This document shows positions 9,386 through 22,825 of a stretch of 64,000 nt of DNA, piece after piece. The position numbers and the translations under genes are program-made. The DNA lies in IMG/VR virus record IMGVR_UViG_3300048798_000032, positions 39,429 to 103,428 of that record; one strand, given 5' to 3'. This stretch comes from a virus. The notes beneath the pieces were generated by a model. That model ran no database searches. It worked only from the letters and a program-made list of their open reading frames with translations, and was not told where the DNA came from. The first letter of the stretch is position 1, and each line of letters starts with the position of its first letter.

Positions 9386-12300
9386 ATGAACCGCGACGAC
9401 CTCGAGGCGTTCCTGTGGCGGGTCATCGGCTTCCGGGCGACTGCGGGTCTGGTGGATTCCATTCTGGCCGCCGCCGACGCCTATGCCTCGCTGGAGTCCG
9501 GACGGCTGCTGGCTGCGCGGAGCCAGTACCGGCCACCGCTTGAAGCCAGCCTCACCGCCAGCCGGCGCGCGGTGCTCTTGCAGTGCGGCGACCCTCCCGA
9601 GGTGACGGTCCAGCGCAGGGCGGCTCTGGAAGCGGCACTGCGTGACGGGACCGAGGCTGCCTGATGTCCTGCGGTCTATCCCCTGAAAGATCAGCAACGA
9701 GGAGAGAAGGGCACGGAAATGAGCAGCAATAGCAATGGCGGAAGTGGGCGCGGTCACCGATGACATCACGTTCGGCGGCATCGTCCGCGACATGGAAACC
9801 CGCACCGAAGGGGAGAAGCGATGACCTACTCATCTGGTGCTGACCATCGGCCAGTTGGTGAGCGTACATATAGCCAACTCGTAGAGACCGAAAACGAGGC
9901 CATTGCCACGAACTGGGATGGCAATCAGGAACGCCATCTCCAAAACGTAGCCGACGAGCGCAACCGCCGCGATGACAATGAAAGGGCGAAGGTATGAACC
10001 GCGCATTGAACGCATTCGTAACTAGGTCAGCCTTCAATCTCACGCTTGGGCATACCCATCTCGACTTGCTGCTAGACCTCGGTTACGCAGCAGAGGATGG
10101 CAGATACAAAAGCATCTACATCCGGCACCCCGGCGTTAAGGGCCTGGAACTGCGCGGCCTGATAGAGCACGCCAAGCATGAGCATAAGCCCGGCGAGGTT
10201 GAACTCGTGTGGAAGCTCACCCGCGCAGGGGAACTAGTTCATGGGCTACTGGTGGAGGCAGCCGTCTTCCCTGACAACCAGTTCGTTCAGGTTCTGCCGC
10301 ACATCAGCGATGACGATGAGGCGGAAGAAATCGAGCGCAACCGGAAGATGACAGTCCAGGAGTGGCGCCAGCGAGAGCGCGAGCGGGCGGCGATCGAGGA
10401 AGCGCACCGCCTCAAGCTCGGAGAGGACTTGGTGACCGAGTAACCCCCCAAGAACTCAGCGAGGGAGAGAGACCTGATGACCGAGACGGAGCCACAAGAC
10501 ACAGTTACCGGCGATCCCGTTATGGACCTGCTGGAAACCGCCTGGGGCGTGATCGCATATGCTGACTGGGACGAGACCAGCAAGAGTCCCGGCTGGCAGG
10601 TAGCGGCCGAAACGTGGCGTGACCGCTACCACGCCTACCTCAAGGCTGCCGCCGAAGAGGCACCGAAGCCAGAGCCCAAAGGACGCCGCGCCCGCGTGGA
10701 AGTCAAGGGCTTCCGTGACCTCGGCATCGTGCGTGTCTCCGAGACCACCCTTGCTGGTGAGCCCATGCTGCACGCCGAGTGTGACGACGGGTCATCGGCC
10801 GACTTCCCGCCCTCGTCGCTGCATTTCATCACATGGCTTCCGGAGGGCGCGGTGGGCAAGACCAATCCGCCACGCGCTCTTGGTGTCGCTGTGGATGGCT
10901 GGGAGAGCGATGAGGACTCCGTGTACGACGACGGCCGAGAGGAGGAGCCGTTCTGATGACCGAGACCGGGGGATTCCCCGTACCTGAAGCTGACAGCAGC
11001 CTAGGAGACCTAGCCGCCGATCTGGCTAAAGCAGAACGCTCTTGTGTATGCGGTAGCCCAGATCAAATTCGCACCGAGGGAGAGAAGCCGCAAACCGCAG
11101 GCGTGACCCGGTGGTACCCGAAGCCGCACCCGTTCGACATGGTGCGGTGGGACGGCAGCCTTGAAGCTCTGGCCGCGCTCCAGGAAATCGGTGCCGGACC
11201 TGACCTGCGCCCCGATGGCACCGTTAGCATCTACTGCTACCTCAGTGATGACGAGGCAATTCTTAGCCGGGGTGACTGGGTAGCGAACGACCCTGAGGCC
11301 GGTAATCGACCGTGGGCCATCACGGCGAGAGAGCACGCAGAAGGCTACGAGCCAGCAGGAGAGCCCACTTCTCCCGTCGCCGCGAATTTGACCTCCGGCT
11401 CGGCAGGCACAGTCATGCGCACTGGCCGCACCTTGAGCAAGGAATCCCCGGTTACCGGGGGACTGGTCACCCTCTACCGGGTCACTGCTGGCGATGGCCC
11501 TGACGTCTGCGTCGGGGCGGTGCCTGCGGCTGAAGCGGACATGATCGTGCGTGCGGTCAATGAGTACTTCGCCCGCTACGACGGAGAGCGTGTCCCCGTT
11601 CTCCGTCAGGCTCTTTGGGACTGCTACGGCGCGGCCGGGGGAGACCAGGACGGCGACCAGGCGTGCCCGCCTGCTGGTGCGATGGCCCCGGATGTGCATG
11701 TGCTCGCGGTGGAAGCGGTCCGCGAGTTGCGCCGCGACTACGGCGAAGACGAGCCCTTGGTCCGGGCCGACGAGCGAAGTCGGATTGCCCTGCTGGCCCA
11801 GGAGTACGGAGCCACGTACCCGACTTGCCCCTGCCAGCCAGAACGAGGCATCGGGGATCAGTCGCACATAGGCGGCAGCCCAGCCCCCTTCGCCGACCTG
11901 ATCCGGGGTGATCAGCCTTGACCGCCGAAGCCCTTGCCAGTTCCGCACCCATGACCTGGCAGGCTGCCGACCTTGACCGGCTGGCTGATGTAACAGGCTG
12001 CCGGGTACCTGGCAGCAGAGGTGAAGCGGGGACTATGCCGGGTGAAGTCAAGGGCGCGGCGGCGAGGGAAGAGAGGGCGGCATGATCACGGCACTTATCG
12101 TCATCGCCTCAGTGGCCGCCTACTTCGGCACCGGCTTTGCGGTAGCAGCTCGCCGCCGACCTGGCATGTGGGAGAAGGCCCGCAAGGCCTGGGCTGCCGA
12201 AGACAATATCCGGGGCAGCGTGAAGGGCCAGTTCATCAGCGTAGTGCTGGTGTGGTGGGCTTACCTTCCCATCGCATGGCTGAACCAGGGCCTCAGCGGG

Positions 12301-13999
12301 TTCACTGCTGCCGGTGATCCACAGGAACTTGACCGGCGTGCGGAAGAACGCGAAGAACAGGTTCGCGTCCGCGAGCGCCACATAGCCGACCTGGAGGCTG
12401 AGAACGAGCGGCTGCGGCACCAGCAGGAAGGCATCTCGCCGTGACCACCTCCCACCGTGCCTCCCGCCGCTGGCCCCTCCATGCACTCAAGCAATGGGCG
12501 ATGGACTACGACCACACCACTGCCCGGCAAATCGCAGCGAGGGACATAGCCGGGCTCATCGCAGCCTCAGCGCCAGCAGTCCCGCATTGCGCGGTAGGCG
12601 TGGACCTATGCCCAGGATGCGCACGTGCGGACCAGGCGGCGATAGACGCGGGGATAGCGAGGAAGGCGGAGAAGTGGCGATGAATACACGCTATTCAATT
12701 GTCAAGTGCCTGCTTCCAGAATACCATCTGCTGGGCCGTTCCGGGGGATATGCTGGAGAAAAGCGCAGCGACGGGAGAAATGCGCAATGAGGCAGCCAAT
12801 CCACGAATGGATGCACCGCAAGCCATACACCACCAAAGTGGCCGCCGTCCTTGCGCTGACCCTGGTTACTGGCATCGGTGAAGCGCTGGGCGGCGAGAGT
12901 GCCAAGGCATCCGTCGCTGCGGCTTTCTGGATATTCGCTGGCCTGATCTTCGGCATGGCGCTGGGGGAGTGGAAGCCGTGAGCCCAGCGCAGCGGGACCT
13001 CATTCCCGCCGTCCACGCCACCACCCTGGACGAGCTGCGGGACCACCACGAGGACACCGTGGGCAGCGCGGCCAGTTACCTGGAGGACCGCATCAGCGAG
13101 GTCCGCGCCGGCCTGGCAGCCGGGCGCATCCCCGAGCGCCCGATCATGCGGGCAGCGGCCGAACTGGACCGGGCCGTCGCCTCACTGCGGGCAATAGCGG
13201 ACACGGAAAAGATCAGCGGCGGGAGCGTGGCGCAATGACCGCCATTGAGCAAGCGGTATCCGATGAGGCACTGGACGCGGCCATGGCCAAAGTGCCCGGT
13301 CGGCATCTCGGTTTTGCTGGTGGCTGGGAACCGGCGATCTCGCGGAAAGATGCCGCAGCAATCCTCGAAGCCGCCGCCCCTTTTCTCGCCGCTGATGCCC
13401 TTAAAAACGCGGCTGCGGAAACGGAACGGCTCCGTACTGCTGTCTCCGCGCTTTCCGGCGCTGCGGCCAGGAACGCGGCAAAAGCCGGGGCGGAACGCCA
13501 ACGCCTGGAGACTGCGCTGGCTGAATGCAAGTTCACCCGTAAACGCCGCACCGGGGGTGTGGAGATGGTCCGCTGGTCCGACGTTGAGCGTGTGCTGGGC
13601 GGTGGCGATGCCTGAGATCACGCCACCGGAGCGCGGCACCCTCGCCAGCGTCCCCGTGGACAGGTGGCGTCTCCCGAGCCCCAAATGCAGCGAGGGTGAC
13701 CATTACGCCTGCACCTGGTGTGCGGGATGCGACTGCCATGACCCGCATCTGAGGGAGCCAGCATGAGCCGCGAGGAATGCATCCACGAACTCGACCCGCA
13801 GGGCTGCTCGGTGTGCACGGGCCGCGACGCGAAACCGCCTCCCGGTGTCCTTGACCCGTCAAAGTCTGGCCCGTGGTTCAGTGCCCGCTATCCGGGCCCG
13901 TGCTCGCTCTGCGATGAGCCGTTCGATGAGGATGACGAGATCCGCGCCGACGGCGAGGGTGGCTACCTTGCTGGGGCTTGCGGCAAGGAGGAGGCGTGA
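9386..13999 (+). other. cluster of hypothetical early genes (9386-9664, 9994-10443, 10477-10956, 10956-11921, 12082-12444 membrane, 12441-12683, 12787-12981 membrane, 12978-13238, 13235-13615, 13608-13766, 13763-13999)
   Basis: co-oriented and mostly overlapping by 1-8 nt; no recognisable family. Confidence 0.55.
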
Positions 14000-14697
14000 C
14001 CACGATCCGGCCACCTATCCCGGTCACCTGCATGGACCGCCCGCTGACCGGTGGGCTGGTCATTCCCTATGTGAATGTCCACCTAGCCGATGGGGGAGCA
14101 GACTTCCGCACCGCCCACCATGCCCGCTACGAGAAGTGCTGGACGGAGGGACTGTGCCAGACCTGCGGTGGCCGGCTCGCCGGGCTGGCAGTCCTGTTCG
14201 GCGGCCCGGGCCAGCTCCGCAGGCGGCATTTCAGCGAGCCGCCGCTGTGTGCCCCGTGTGCCCTGTATGCCTCGCAGGCGTGCCCGATGGTCGGCGGCCG
14301 GATGGAAACCTACGCCGGCCGCGACCCGGTAGCCGTGGGATCACGCGGGAAGCGGTGCGCTGAGCCGGGCTGTGACTGCGGCGGGTGGGTTCCCTCCGAC
14401 CCGGCCGTCCAGGGCCACCCCGGCGACCCGGCGCACCCGTGGTATGCGCTGTACGTCCGTCCCGGCGCGTACAGCGTCACGGCTTACCGGGCAGTGGTGC
14501 GGTGCTCGGACCGGGGCTGCGAACACGGACGGCTGCTGGTGAACGGTGCCCTTCTCGCAGATGCGCCCTTGAAAGCGGTCCAGGTGTCGGAACCGGGCCG
14601 GGGCCGCATCTGGAAACGGCTGGATACTGCCGCCCTGGCTGAACTGCTCGGGCCGCTGCCGGACCTGTCCCAGCATGAGACGGCGGTGCTGCCGTGA
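13996..14697 (+). CDS. Cys-rich hypothetical actinophage protein
   Basis: GLVIPYV..LCQTCG..EPPLCAPCALYASQACP. Confidence 0.6.
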   Translation: MTTIRPPIPVTCMDRPLTGGLVIPYVNVHLADGGADFRTAHHARYEKCWTEGLCQTCGGRLAGLAVLFGGPGQLRRRHFSEPPLCAPCALYASQACPMVGGRMETYAGRDPVAVGSRGKRCAEPGCDCGGWVPSDPAVQGHPGDPAHPWYALYVRPGAYSVTAYRAVVRCSDRGCEHGRLLVNGALLADAPLKAVQVSEPGRGRIWKRLDTAALAELLGPLPDLSQHETAVLP

Positions 14698-15308
14698 CCG
14701 GGTGTGCCCGGCCCGGCTGCGGCAAGCCAGCCACCACGGACGGCCATTGTGAGAGCGACTACCGGTATCTGCTGCACACCGGCCAGCGCGGCGGTTTCCG
14801 TGACCCGTCCGCAGCCCGCGGGCACGTGATGGCGCTGCGCGGGCTCGGCTGGACGTGGCAGCAGATCGCGGACGCCGCCGGAACCTCGAACTCGGTCCCG
14901 TTCTGCCTCGCCAGCGGCAGGTACAAGACGATCCGCCGCAAGTCGGAGGTGGCTCTCCTGTCGGTGCCGCTGCTGCCCGCCGAATCCCACCGCGGCGTGA
15001 ATGCGGCCGGCACCCGCCGGCGGGTGCCGGCGCTCGCGTGGATGGGCTGGAGCGGCGCGGAGATAGCCCGCCGCGCCGGCTGCCATCACGCGACCCTGCA
15101 CACGGAAATCTACCGGGGAAGCCTGTCAGTGCGCCTCGCGGGACGGGTGCGGGTGATCTACCGGGAACTGTCCGCCACGCCGGGACCGTCGCGGATGGCC
15201 GCGGTGAAGGCACGCCAGTTCGGCTATGCCCCGCCGGCGGCGTGGGACGGGGACGAGATCGACGATCCGCGCGCACGGCCGAAGGGTGTCCGGAAGGTGG
15301 CGGCGTGA
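14694..15308 (+). CDS. double-HTH DNA-binding protein
   Basis: GWTWQQIADAAG and GWSGAEIARRAG; PPAAWDGDEIDDP tail. Confidence 0.7.
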   Translation: MTGCARPGCGKPATTDGHCESDYRYLLHTGQRGGFRDPSAARGHVMALRGLGWTWQQIADAAGTSNSVPFCLASGRYKTIRRKSEVALLSVPLLPAESHRGVNAAGTRRRVPALAWMGWSGAEIARRAGCHHATLHTEIYRGSLSVRLAGRVRVIYRELSATPGPSRMAAVKARQFGYAPPAAWDGDEIDDPRARPKGVRKVAA

Positions 15309-16070
15309 CGGCCCGGGTGCGCCAGGTGGCCGCCCACCTTCCCGCCGTCGTGGCCGTGGGTGACCGTGCCGGGATGCAGAGGCTTGTCTGCAAGGCCATC
15401 CGCGCCGAGGGCGGCCTGTACGCCCTGATCGCGATGCTGGCGTGGGCTGCCGACCTTGACCGGCTGGCCGAGGTGACGGGATGCGATGTGCCACCACGCC
15501 GGGATGAGGCCAGGGACGCGGCGGCGGGACGGAGGGCGGCGTGACCGGCGCATGCCTGCTCTGCCAGCCCAATGAGACAGTCCCTCTCGCTGAGATTCTT
15601 GATCATCTGCGCCTGATACATCCCAGCCAGTGGGACGGACTGGAGACCTGGCCGGACGGGTCTCCAGTCATCTACGAGGACACAGAGTTGTTCTGGCTGG
15701 AGGCGGGGGAGTGACCATCTACGTTGACCCGCTCTCCGTCCGGTGCCCGTACTGCGCGACCGTCGCTGGTGGCCATTGCACCGCAGAGCCGAGCCTGAGA
15801 CAGCGGCGGTCGCACGCAGTGCGGATCCGGTTCGCTCTCGAGATGGCAGCTCACTCTGACCCAGCCCTGGACGCCTTCCCCGGATTCGGCCCTACGTCAC
15901 CGTGCGGCATATGCGGTTCAGGACTTCCGCAGCGCCACCGGGTGGTCGATGCGATAGCTGGCCGTCTTGCCGCTGGCGAGAGTGAAGGTGACGTAGCAGC
16001 GGACTATGACCTTCCCCTGGAGGCTGCCCGGCTGGTGGGGGAGTGGGCGCGTAAGTGGGGTGTGGCATGA
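15305..16070 (+). other. two hypothetical ORFs (15305-15544; 15711-16070 Zn finger plus HTH)
   Basis: CPYC..C..H and AGESEGDVAADYDL. Confidence 0.5.
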
Positions 16071-16101
16071 AAACCCGGCACCGACGGGAGGAGTCAGCCT
16101 G

Positions 16102-16278
16102 TCACTTCGCGGGTCGCTGCGGCATCTCGTTGATGTCGCCCACGAACCACCGGGCGAACTTCCGCAGCACCGCCGAGCGGTTGGAGTCGGGATCGGCCTG
16201 CTTGGCCGCTTCGTCTAGGCGCTTCCACAGATCGTCATCCATGCGGATACGGCGGAACGGTGTTCCCTCGGCTGGCAT
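16102..16278 (-). CDS. ribbon-helix-helix repressor
   Basis: RRIRMDDDLWKRLDEAA..NRSAVLRKFARW. Confidence 0.75.
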   Translation of the reverse strand: MPAEGTPFRRIRMDDDLWKRLDEAAKQADPDSNRSAVLRKFARWFVGDINEMPQRPAK

Positions 16279-16334
16279 CTTGTCGTCTCCGTTGTCGGCC
16301 CTTGTGACGGTCACGGCCAATCCTCTCATTAGTC

Positions 16335-16386
16335 TTGCCTGTAGCGTCAGTATGCCCTACAATAGAGACATCAGCAAGCACTACAG
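16335..16386 (+). promoter_or_regulatory. sigma70-type promoter with TGTAG/CTACA operator half-sites
   Basis: TTGCCT(16335)-N17-TACAAT(16358); divergent RHH gene adjacent. Confidence 0.65.
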
Positions 16387-16402
16387 AGATGGAGGGTCAG
16401 CA

Positions 16403-19400
16403 ATGAGCACCACGCAGACCGCCAGCACCGCCAGCCTCACCACACTCCCGGCTGGAACCCTGGTCTCCTACCACGGCTCCATCTACGACTGGCACGGCCT
16501 GTACGTGACCCTCAAGACGTGCGGCTGCCGCGCCTGCCTGTCGTCGGGGGACCTGCGGTACGTGCTGGCCGACGCCGGCTGGGCGGACCCCATGAACCAC
16601 GATGCCGAGCTTGAGCACGTCCGCCCGCAGAGCATCACGGTCGCGGAGGACGCTGGCAGACGGTGTGTGAGGAGCACGGGTTCGTGTGCTCGCACGAGAC
16701 GCTGTCGCTGGCCCGCCAGTTCGCTTCGTGCCCGGAGGAGTGGTGTGAAGTGTGCTCAGGTGATGAACCCGATGAAATCGCCTCGGGGGAATGACTTCAA
16801 TGACTGAGATGCGCATGACGGTCACAACGAAGTCCATCCAGACTGTCGTCCAGCCCGTCTTTCCCGATGCCGACCCGGCAGAGCGCCCATGGCTGGACGA
16901 GGTAATCGCCCGCTTCGGTGAGCCCAGCGTTTACGTGGTGCCCACCCGGCTCCTGGGAACCAGGAGCACGATCCGTGAGTGCTGGGTCTGGTTCCCCGAG
17001 GGCAAGAACTGGAATCTAGCCCTGGACCAGCACCCGCGCTACTGGATCGTCAAGGCCAATGCGGAGTGGGGCAACAAGGCCAGCGCAGAAGCCCGGATTG
17101 ATGGCACCGCGCCGCCGCCCGCGTCGGCTATCCGTTCCGTCCTCGTCGCAGCGATGTTCCTGGAGGGCTGACCAAGTGAGCACCGATACCCCCCGTATGC
17201 CAGTCAGCTACGACGAGGACATCTCACGGGAGCCAGAGGGCGAGACAACCGAGTTTCCCGTCTGCACCCAGCACCCCCTTACCTACTGGTCCTCGTGCCC
17301 GGACTGCCGTGCGCAGGTGGCAGCAGAGCAGGCCGAGCAGGACGCAGGGAACGCCACCGAGATCGTCCAGCACAACCGCGAGTTCGATGAGGCTCTCCGG
17401 ATGGCCAGCGGCGCACTCAACCACACCATCGCTGAGCTTGGCCACCTGATGAGCGACAGCGTCCACGACATAGAGCTGACCGAGTCCACCCTCGGCGATG
17501 ACGCGAAGGCCGAACTTGAGACCGCAGCCCGTGCAGTCCGGAACGTACAGCGGATAGCCACTCTGCGGCTGAAGATGATGGAGGGCTGACCAGTGGGCAC
17601 CAGCAAGCTCGGCCGCATTCCGTTCCGCACCGCCGAGATCATCCCGGACGAGCCAGACGGCCGGCGCGTCACCTACGTCACGGGAATCAACTGCTCTGGC
17701 ACCCACCAGAACGAAGTGATCCAGCGCGTGCGCCACCCTGACGGCCAGGGGTTCGAGTACGTCATCATGCGCGGCCTGTCGTCGGCTAAGGCTGCGGCAA
17801 TATGCCTGATCCTGAATGCACCGGAGGTCTGAGCAATGAGCGCCAGCGGGCTTCCTTATGCCGACTTTGACCGCTACTGCGACGAGCACAATATCAAGCC
17901 GGGCGAGGAACCAGCCGCTTTCGCCGCATGGCTGCACGAGATCAGCAACGGCAAATGGAATGGGCAGATGGGGCAAGTCTCGCCGGGGGAGTCCCAATGA
18001 CTACCGCAACAGACCAGACCTGGGAGGTAGTTCCCTCCCCCTCGTCGCCGCGAATTAAAACCAGCACTGAGGGAGAGCAGGCCACATGTGCAGCCTGCTA
18101 CCAGGAAATCACCCTCCTAGGTGGTAGCTGGACAGACCCAGACGGATGCACGAACTGCTACGGCGACTTGTCTGCACCTTATGTACCACACAAGCCCACA
18201 GAGGGAGAGCACCCAATACCACTAGCCAAGCCTGCTGACCCATTCTTCGGTATCCCTAACGCTGACGACGAGCAGAACGAGCCGTGGTGACGATGCCCTA
18301 CCCACCGAAGCCCCCGACGCCGCAGATCGTCGGCGCGATCCTCAAGCGCGCAGGGTTCAACCGGTCACAGTCCAGCGGCGTCTACGTCCGGACTGCCGGT
18401 TACGCGGTGCGCAAGTCCCGCACTCAGCCAGATGCCGTTGAGGTCCGGTGGTGGCCCGACTTGCCCGACTTGCGCGAGGTTGCGCCTGACGCTGACGACG
18501 ACATCACGGGCCGCCGGTACCGGTGGCTCCAGCGGTACGCCGACGCAATCACCACCGACGCGCTCTATCACGGGCGCTTCGTGGTCCGGTTCACCAGCCA
18601 GGACGGCAAGGTCACTGTTTACCTGCGCCGCCCGGCCGCCGTCGTTGAGAACTTCAAGACCAGCACCGACGAGAACGGGGGCTGAGCTATGGCCGACAAG
18701 CACACCGAACGGGCACTCGGCAACGAGCGGAAACGCCATACTGACCAGGCCCGCGCGATGGCCATGCGTATCCAGCGGGAAGCGGGCTACATCCTGGACG
18801 AGCTCGACGGCGGCCACATCCCGTCTCACCATCTTGTCGCTGACGCCGTTGAACTTGAGCGCCGGATGGCCGCCCTGGAAGCCATCAAGGACACGTCTGG
18901 CATCTACGAGGCGCAGCTAGCCGCTATGGCCGACGCCGATGAGAACGGGGTAGTAGCTCCCAATGCCTGCCTCGCCATGGCTGCGGCAGCGACGGCGGCC
19001 TGACGTGACCGCGATGCGCGAGGTTCCGTCACCCACGCGAGGCAGCGGCGCGACCGTCTGCTGCGGCGGCCACCGCGAGCGCTGCCTGTTCGGTCATATG
19101 CACTCCTGGTCGACCTGGTACGAGGGCGGCAAGCTCCAGCGGACGACCGACACCTTCCACTGCCACGTCTGCGGCGGAGTCTGCACCGCCGACGAGGAAG
19201 ACTGCCCGGCCACGTCGGCACCGCACACGAGCACGAGCTCGGCCATCGTCGCCGGGACGAGCCTGCGCGCAAGCCGGCGCACCGCGGGCTTGGCCGGGCG
19301 GTACGTGAACGCCGACCCGCCCCCATCGCATCCACCGGACGACCCCATCTGGATCGAGCACGCCGCGATCGCGCTGGCTGAAGCACATGGTGCGTCCATC

Positions 19401-21278
19401 GCTCTCACTGGCGCCATCCTGAACGCGCAGCGCAAGATAACCGATCTGGCTGTCGAGTGGGCAGAGCGGCAGTCTCCGCAGAGAACCCCGCACCAAAAGG
19501 GGGAGCAGTGACTCCCGAAGCGCGGACCGCAATCAAGCGCGCCTATCTTGACGGCGCATCTATAGACGAGATCGCCTGCGCCGCCGGAGTGGCCGCCGAC
19601 CGCGCCGAGACCTACCTGCGCTGGTGGTGTGACCGCGGCTGCCCGGGAGCCGAGAAGGACAGTGAAGGCAACTACAGGCTTGCCGGTAAGGGGGAGCAGT
19701 GAGCGCGCTATCTCCCGCTGAGTGGTCCCGGAACTGGCAAGCCCTTAAGGACTACCTGGCCGCGGAGATCGACGCGAACCTTGAAGTCGCGGTGTCCTGT
19801 GACGGCGAGGAACTCAAGCCCACGAAGGCAGCCCACTACTCGCTGGTGGCTGCTCAGCGCGCCACGCTGGCCAAGATGCGGGAACTGGAGGCTGGGCAAT
19901 GAGCCGCCACGACGAAGACATCGCCTCCGACTACGCCGACTGGTCAGGCGATGACGGGGACGACGGCGATGACCGTTATGAGGAATACAAGGACGCCGTG
20001 GCCATGGGCTACATCTGGCCGGACGGCACCCAGCGCGAACCGCCCGAACCTGACTGGTCTGCCAGGGAGTACGCCGAGCACTGCGAAGAGATGCACGGGG
20101 GCGGCGCATGCGACTGCCCGATGGTGCCGCTCGAACCAGCATCGCCCGGTGATCCTGGCTACTCCGACGAGCCTCCGTTCTGAACCCCGCACCGAAGGAA
20201 GGATGAGTGAGATGCCCGACTGGTACCGAACCCACAACGCGAGCCCAGACGCCTACCCGGACAGTGAGTACACCGACTGGGCGCAGGACAACGGGCTGTA
20301 TGTCGATGCGGCCGGAAATGTGGACTACGGCCCACCTGTCCCGGACGGCGACGTGATGCCATTCGACTCTTGCGCCGAGTGGCGCGAGGACTGACCCATG
20401 CCACACCGCAGGGTTGTACGCCGGGTGGTGCTGGCTCCAGTGGGCTGCCTGATGTGGGTGGCGATTCCTCTCCTGTCCCTCGGTGCGATTTTGGTTGTGG
20501 TGATCTGAATGCCCTGCTGTAGTGAGCACGGATGCCGCCGCAAGACACCCATCGGTGTCAGCCGTGGAGCTTTCTCAGGACGCATCTACGCGATCACCCG
20601 GTCACGTCTCATCAGCGATGACGGTGGCCACTCGGGAACCTTTGAGGCCAGCGAGAAGCACGACATCACCAACGCTATGAAGTTCTTCATCAAGGCTAAC
20701 CGGGAGTGGGTAGAGCAAGTGCTCAGCGAGGAGAACGGCGGTGCCTGACCTGCCCGCGATCGAGCGCCCCAACGGGAAGCTCTACCGTCCCCGCAAACTG
20801 GTGGCCTGCCCAGTCAGTGACACCTACGACGAGATAGCCGCGGTGGTCGTCTTCGGCACCCACGATCCAGACCGCGCGCAGGCTCTCGCTGACTCACTGG
20901 TCCGCTGTGACGTGGACAGCGGCTACGTTGCCGCGAATCCCGGCCGCGTCTGGTGGCGCGACGGATTCGAGTGCGGCCAGCGGGTGTGGGTCGTTGACGA
21001 CGAGCACGGCCGGGCTGGAGTGCTGTTCGAGATAGTGGAGGACGGGAATGCCTAGCCACAAGAGCACCCAGCTAGCAGGTCACGGACTCCAGGCTGAAGG
21101 CAAGCCCTACACGATCGCAGGCAGTGAGCTGATCCGGGTTCAGTGTGGACGCCATGGCCGCGGGCTGTGCTCTTGTGGAGCGGCCTCTGAAGTGCTGCCC
21201 ACCGATGCCGCGCGGAAACGCTGGCACGCTGCCCATAAAGATCAAGAGCGGCAACGACAGGAGCAGGGTGATGGCTGA
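16403..21278 (+). other. operon of about 18 small hypothetical genes
   Basis: chain of coupled ORFs, e.g. 16800-17171, 17176-17589, 17593-17832, 17997-18290, 18293-18685, 18689-19003, 19508-19702, 19699-19902, 19899-20183, 20203-20394, 20509-20748, 20741-21055, 21048-21278. Confidence 0.55.
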
Positions 21279-21612
21279 CGAGCTGCGGGAGGAAATGATC
21301 CGCTCCGTCCAGAACCGGGCGTGGCGCAACAAGCTCGGCAAGGGGTTCAGCACCAGCGATGTCCCGCTGGAGTTCTGTCTTCTGTCGGCCGAGGTGTCCG
21401 AGGCGTTCGAGGCATGGCGCAGGCAAGACCCCCGTGCCCTCGGTGCCGAACTGGCCGACGTGATGATCTTCCTGGCTGGCCTTGCGGAGATGACGGGCAC
21501 CGACCTCCAGGCCGAGGTTCTGGCGAAGCTGGCAGTCAACGAAGGCCGCACCTACGAACGGCTGGCGAACGGATGCAGCATCAAAACCCGGGCTGGAGGC
21601 CAGGATGGCTGA
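21271..21612 (+). CDS. MazG-like nucleotide pyrophosphohydrolase
   Basis: LLSAEVSEAFEAWR..GAELADVMIF..AKLAVNEGR. Confidence 0.85.
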   Translation: MADELREEMIRSVQNRAWRNKLGKGFSTSDVPLEFCLLSAEVSEAFEAWRRQDPRALGAELADVMIFLAGLAEMTGTDLQAEVLAKLAVNEGRTYERLANGCSIKTRAGGQDG

Positions 21613-22691
21613 ACCCGGCCTGCTCACCGAGCTAGACGAAGCCGAGCACTGCCGCTGCGGCAAGACTCACGAGGAGTGCGCCGAAGACGGCGGCTGCCGC
21701 TGGTCGCGCCTGGACAGCAGCGAAGCCGAAGCCGTGAGACTCCTGGAATACGCCCTGCACCTCCGCAGGAACGGGGAGAACGCTCCAGGAGGCACCGAGA
21801 CATGGGCCCAGTGGGATCGTGACGCAGAGACGTTCCTGCGGGCGAGGATTGAGGCGAGCGGTGCCTGACTATCCTTCCGAAGCGCTGGCCGCAGCAACAG
21901 CCGCACTCGTCCAGTACTGGAACGGCGACAAACTTGGCGCCGACGAGTACAAGGGAAGCGCCCGCGCAGCACTGGACGCTGCTGCCCCTCTCCTCGCTGA
22001 TGCTTGCGCAAAGGCGATCCTCCAGCACATGGAAGATCATGGGCTGCCGATGCATGTGGACCTGCCAGCCGACGCGGCAGTACGGCGGAACATGCGCCGG
22101 ATCCACTTCACCACCGCTGCCCGTGTCGCTGCCAGCGCATTCAGCACCGACGAGGAGATGAAGCGGCAGGCAGCCGAAGCCCTGGCCACTGGTGACTACA
22201 TCGCCTGCCAGATACCCGAGAGCGGAGAGTAGCCCGATGCCCGCACTGCTGCCAGGGGAGCGGTGATGGGTACCGGCTGGCGGCCGCGCAAGCGGAGAGG
22301 TGCCGACAAGCGTCAGCGTCAGAAGCTGGTCGGTGTCCGGCTCGTGGACGCGGAGTATGAGGCCATCAAGTCCGCGGCCTATCGCAAGGGTGTCTCTCCC
22401 GGTGCGCTGCTGCGGGACGCATTCGCTGAGAACAGGCAGTTGCGTGCCGAGGTGGCGCAGTTCCGCAAGGATGCCCGTGACGCGCTGCTCGTCGTGACGG
22501 TGCTCATACGCAAGCTCGGCGGCCATGCCCTGATCGCTGACGCCGACCTCGCCGTCGAAACCGGCGCGCTGATCCGGTTCCCGGAAATGGGCGGCTACAG
22601 CCTGACCATCAAGGACGGCCCGGCCAGCGGTGGCCCGCGGCTCGACGACTACACCGGCAGTGGGCCCGGCCAGCAAGGAGGGGAACGATAG
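21605..22691 (+). other. hypothetical ORFs 21605-21868, 21861-22232, 22263-22691 (last has a MobC/RHH-like N-terminus)
   Basis: VGVRLVDAEYEAIKSAA..GVSPGALLRDA. Confidence 0.5.
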
Positions 22692-22825
22692 ATGCTGCGC
22701 GATCGCCTCTGGCTGCACCGCCACCGACCTGCCCCCGCAGCGTGAGGGTTCCCGTGTCGTGCGCGGGGCGATGTACAAATGGGAGCCGACGCAAGATCAA
22801 GAGCGGCAACGACGGGAGCAGGGTG

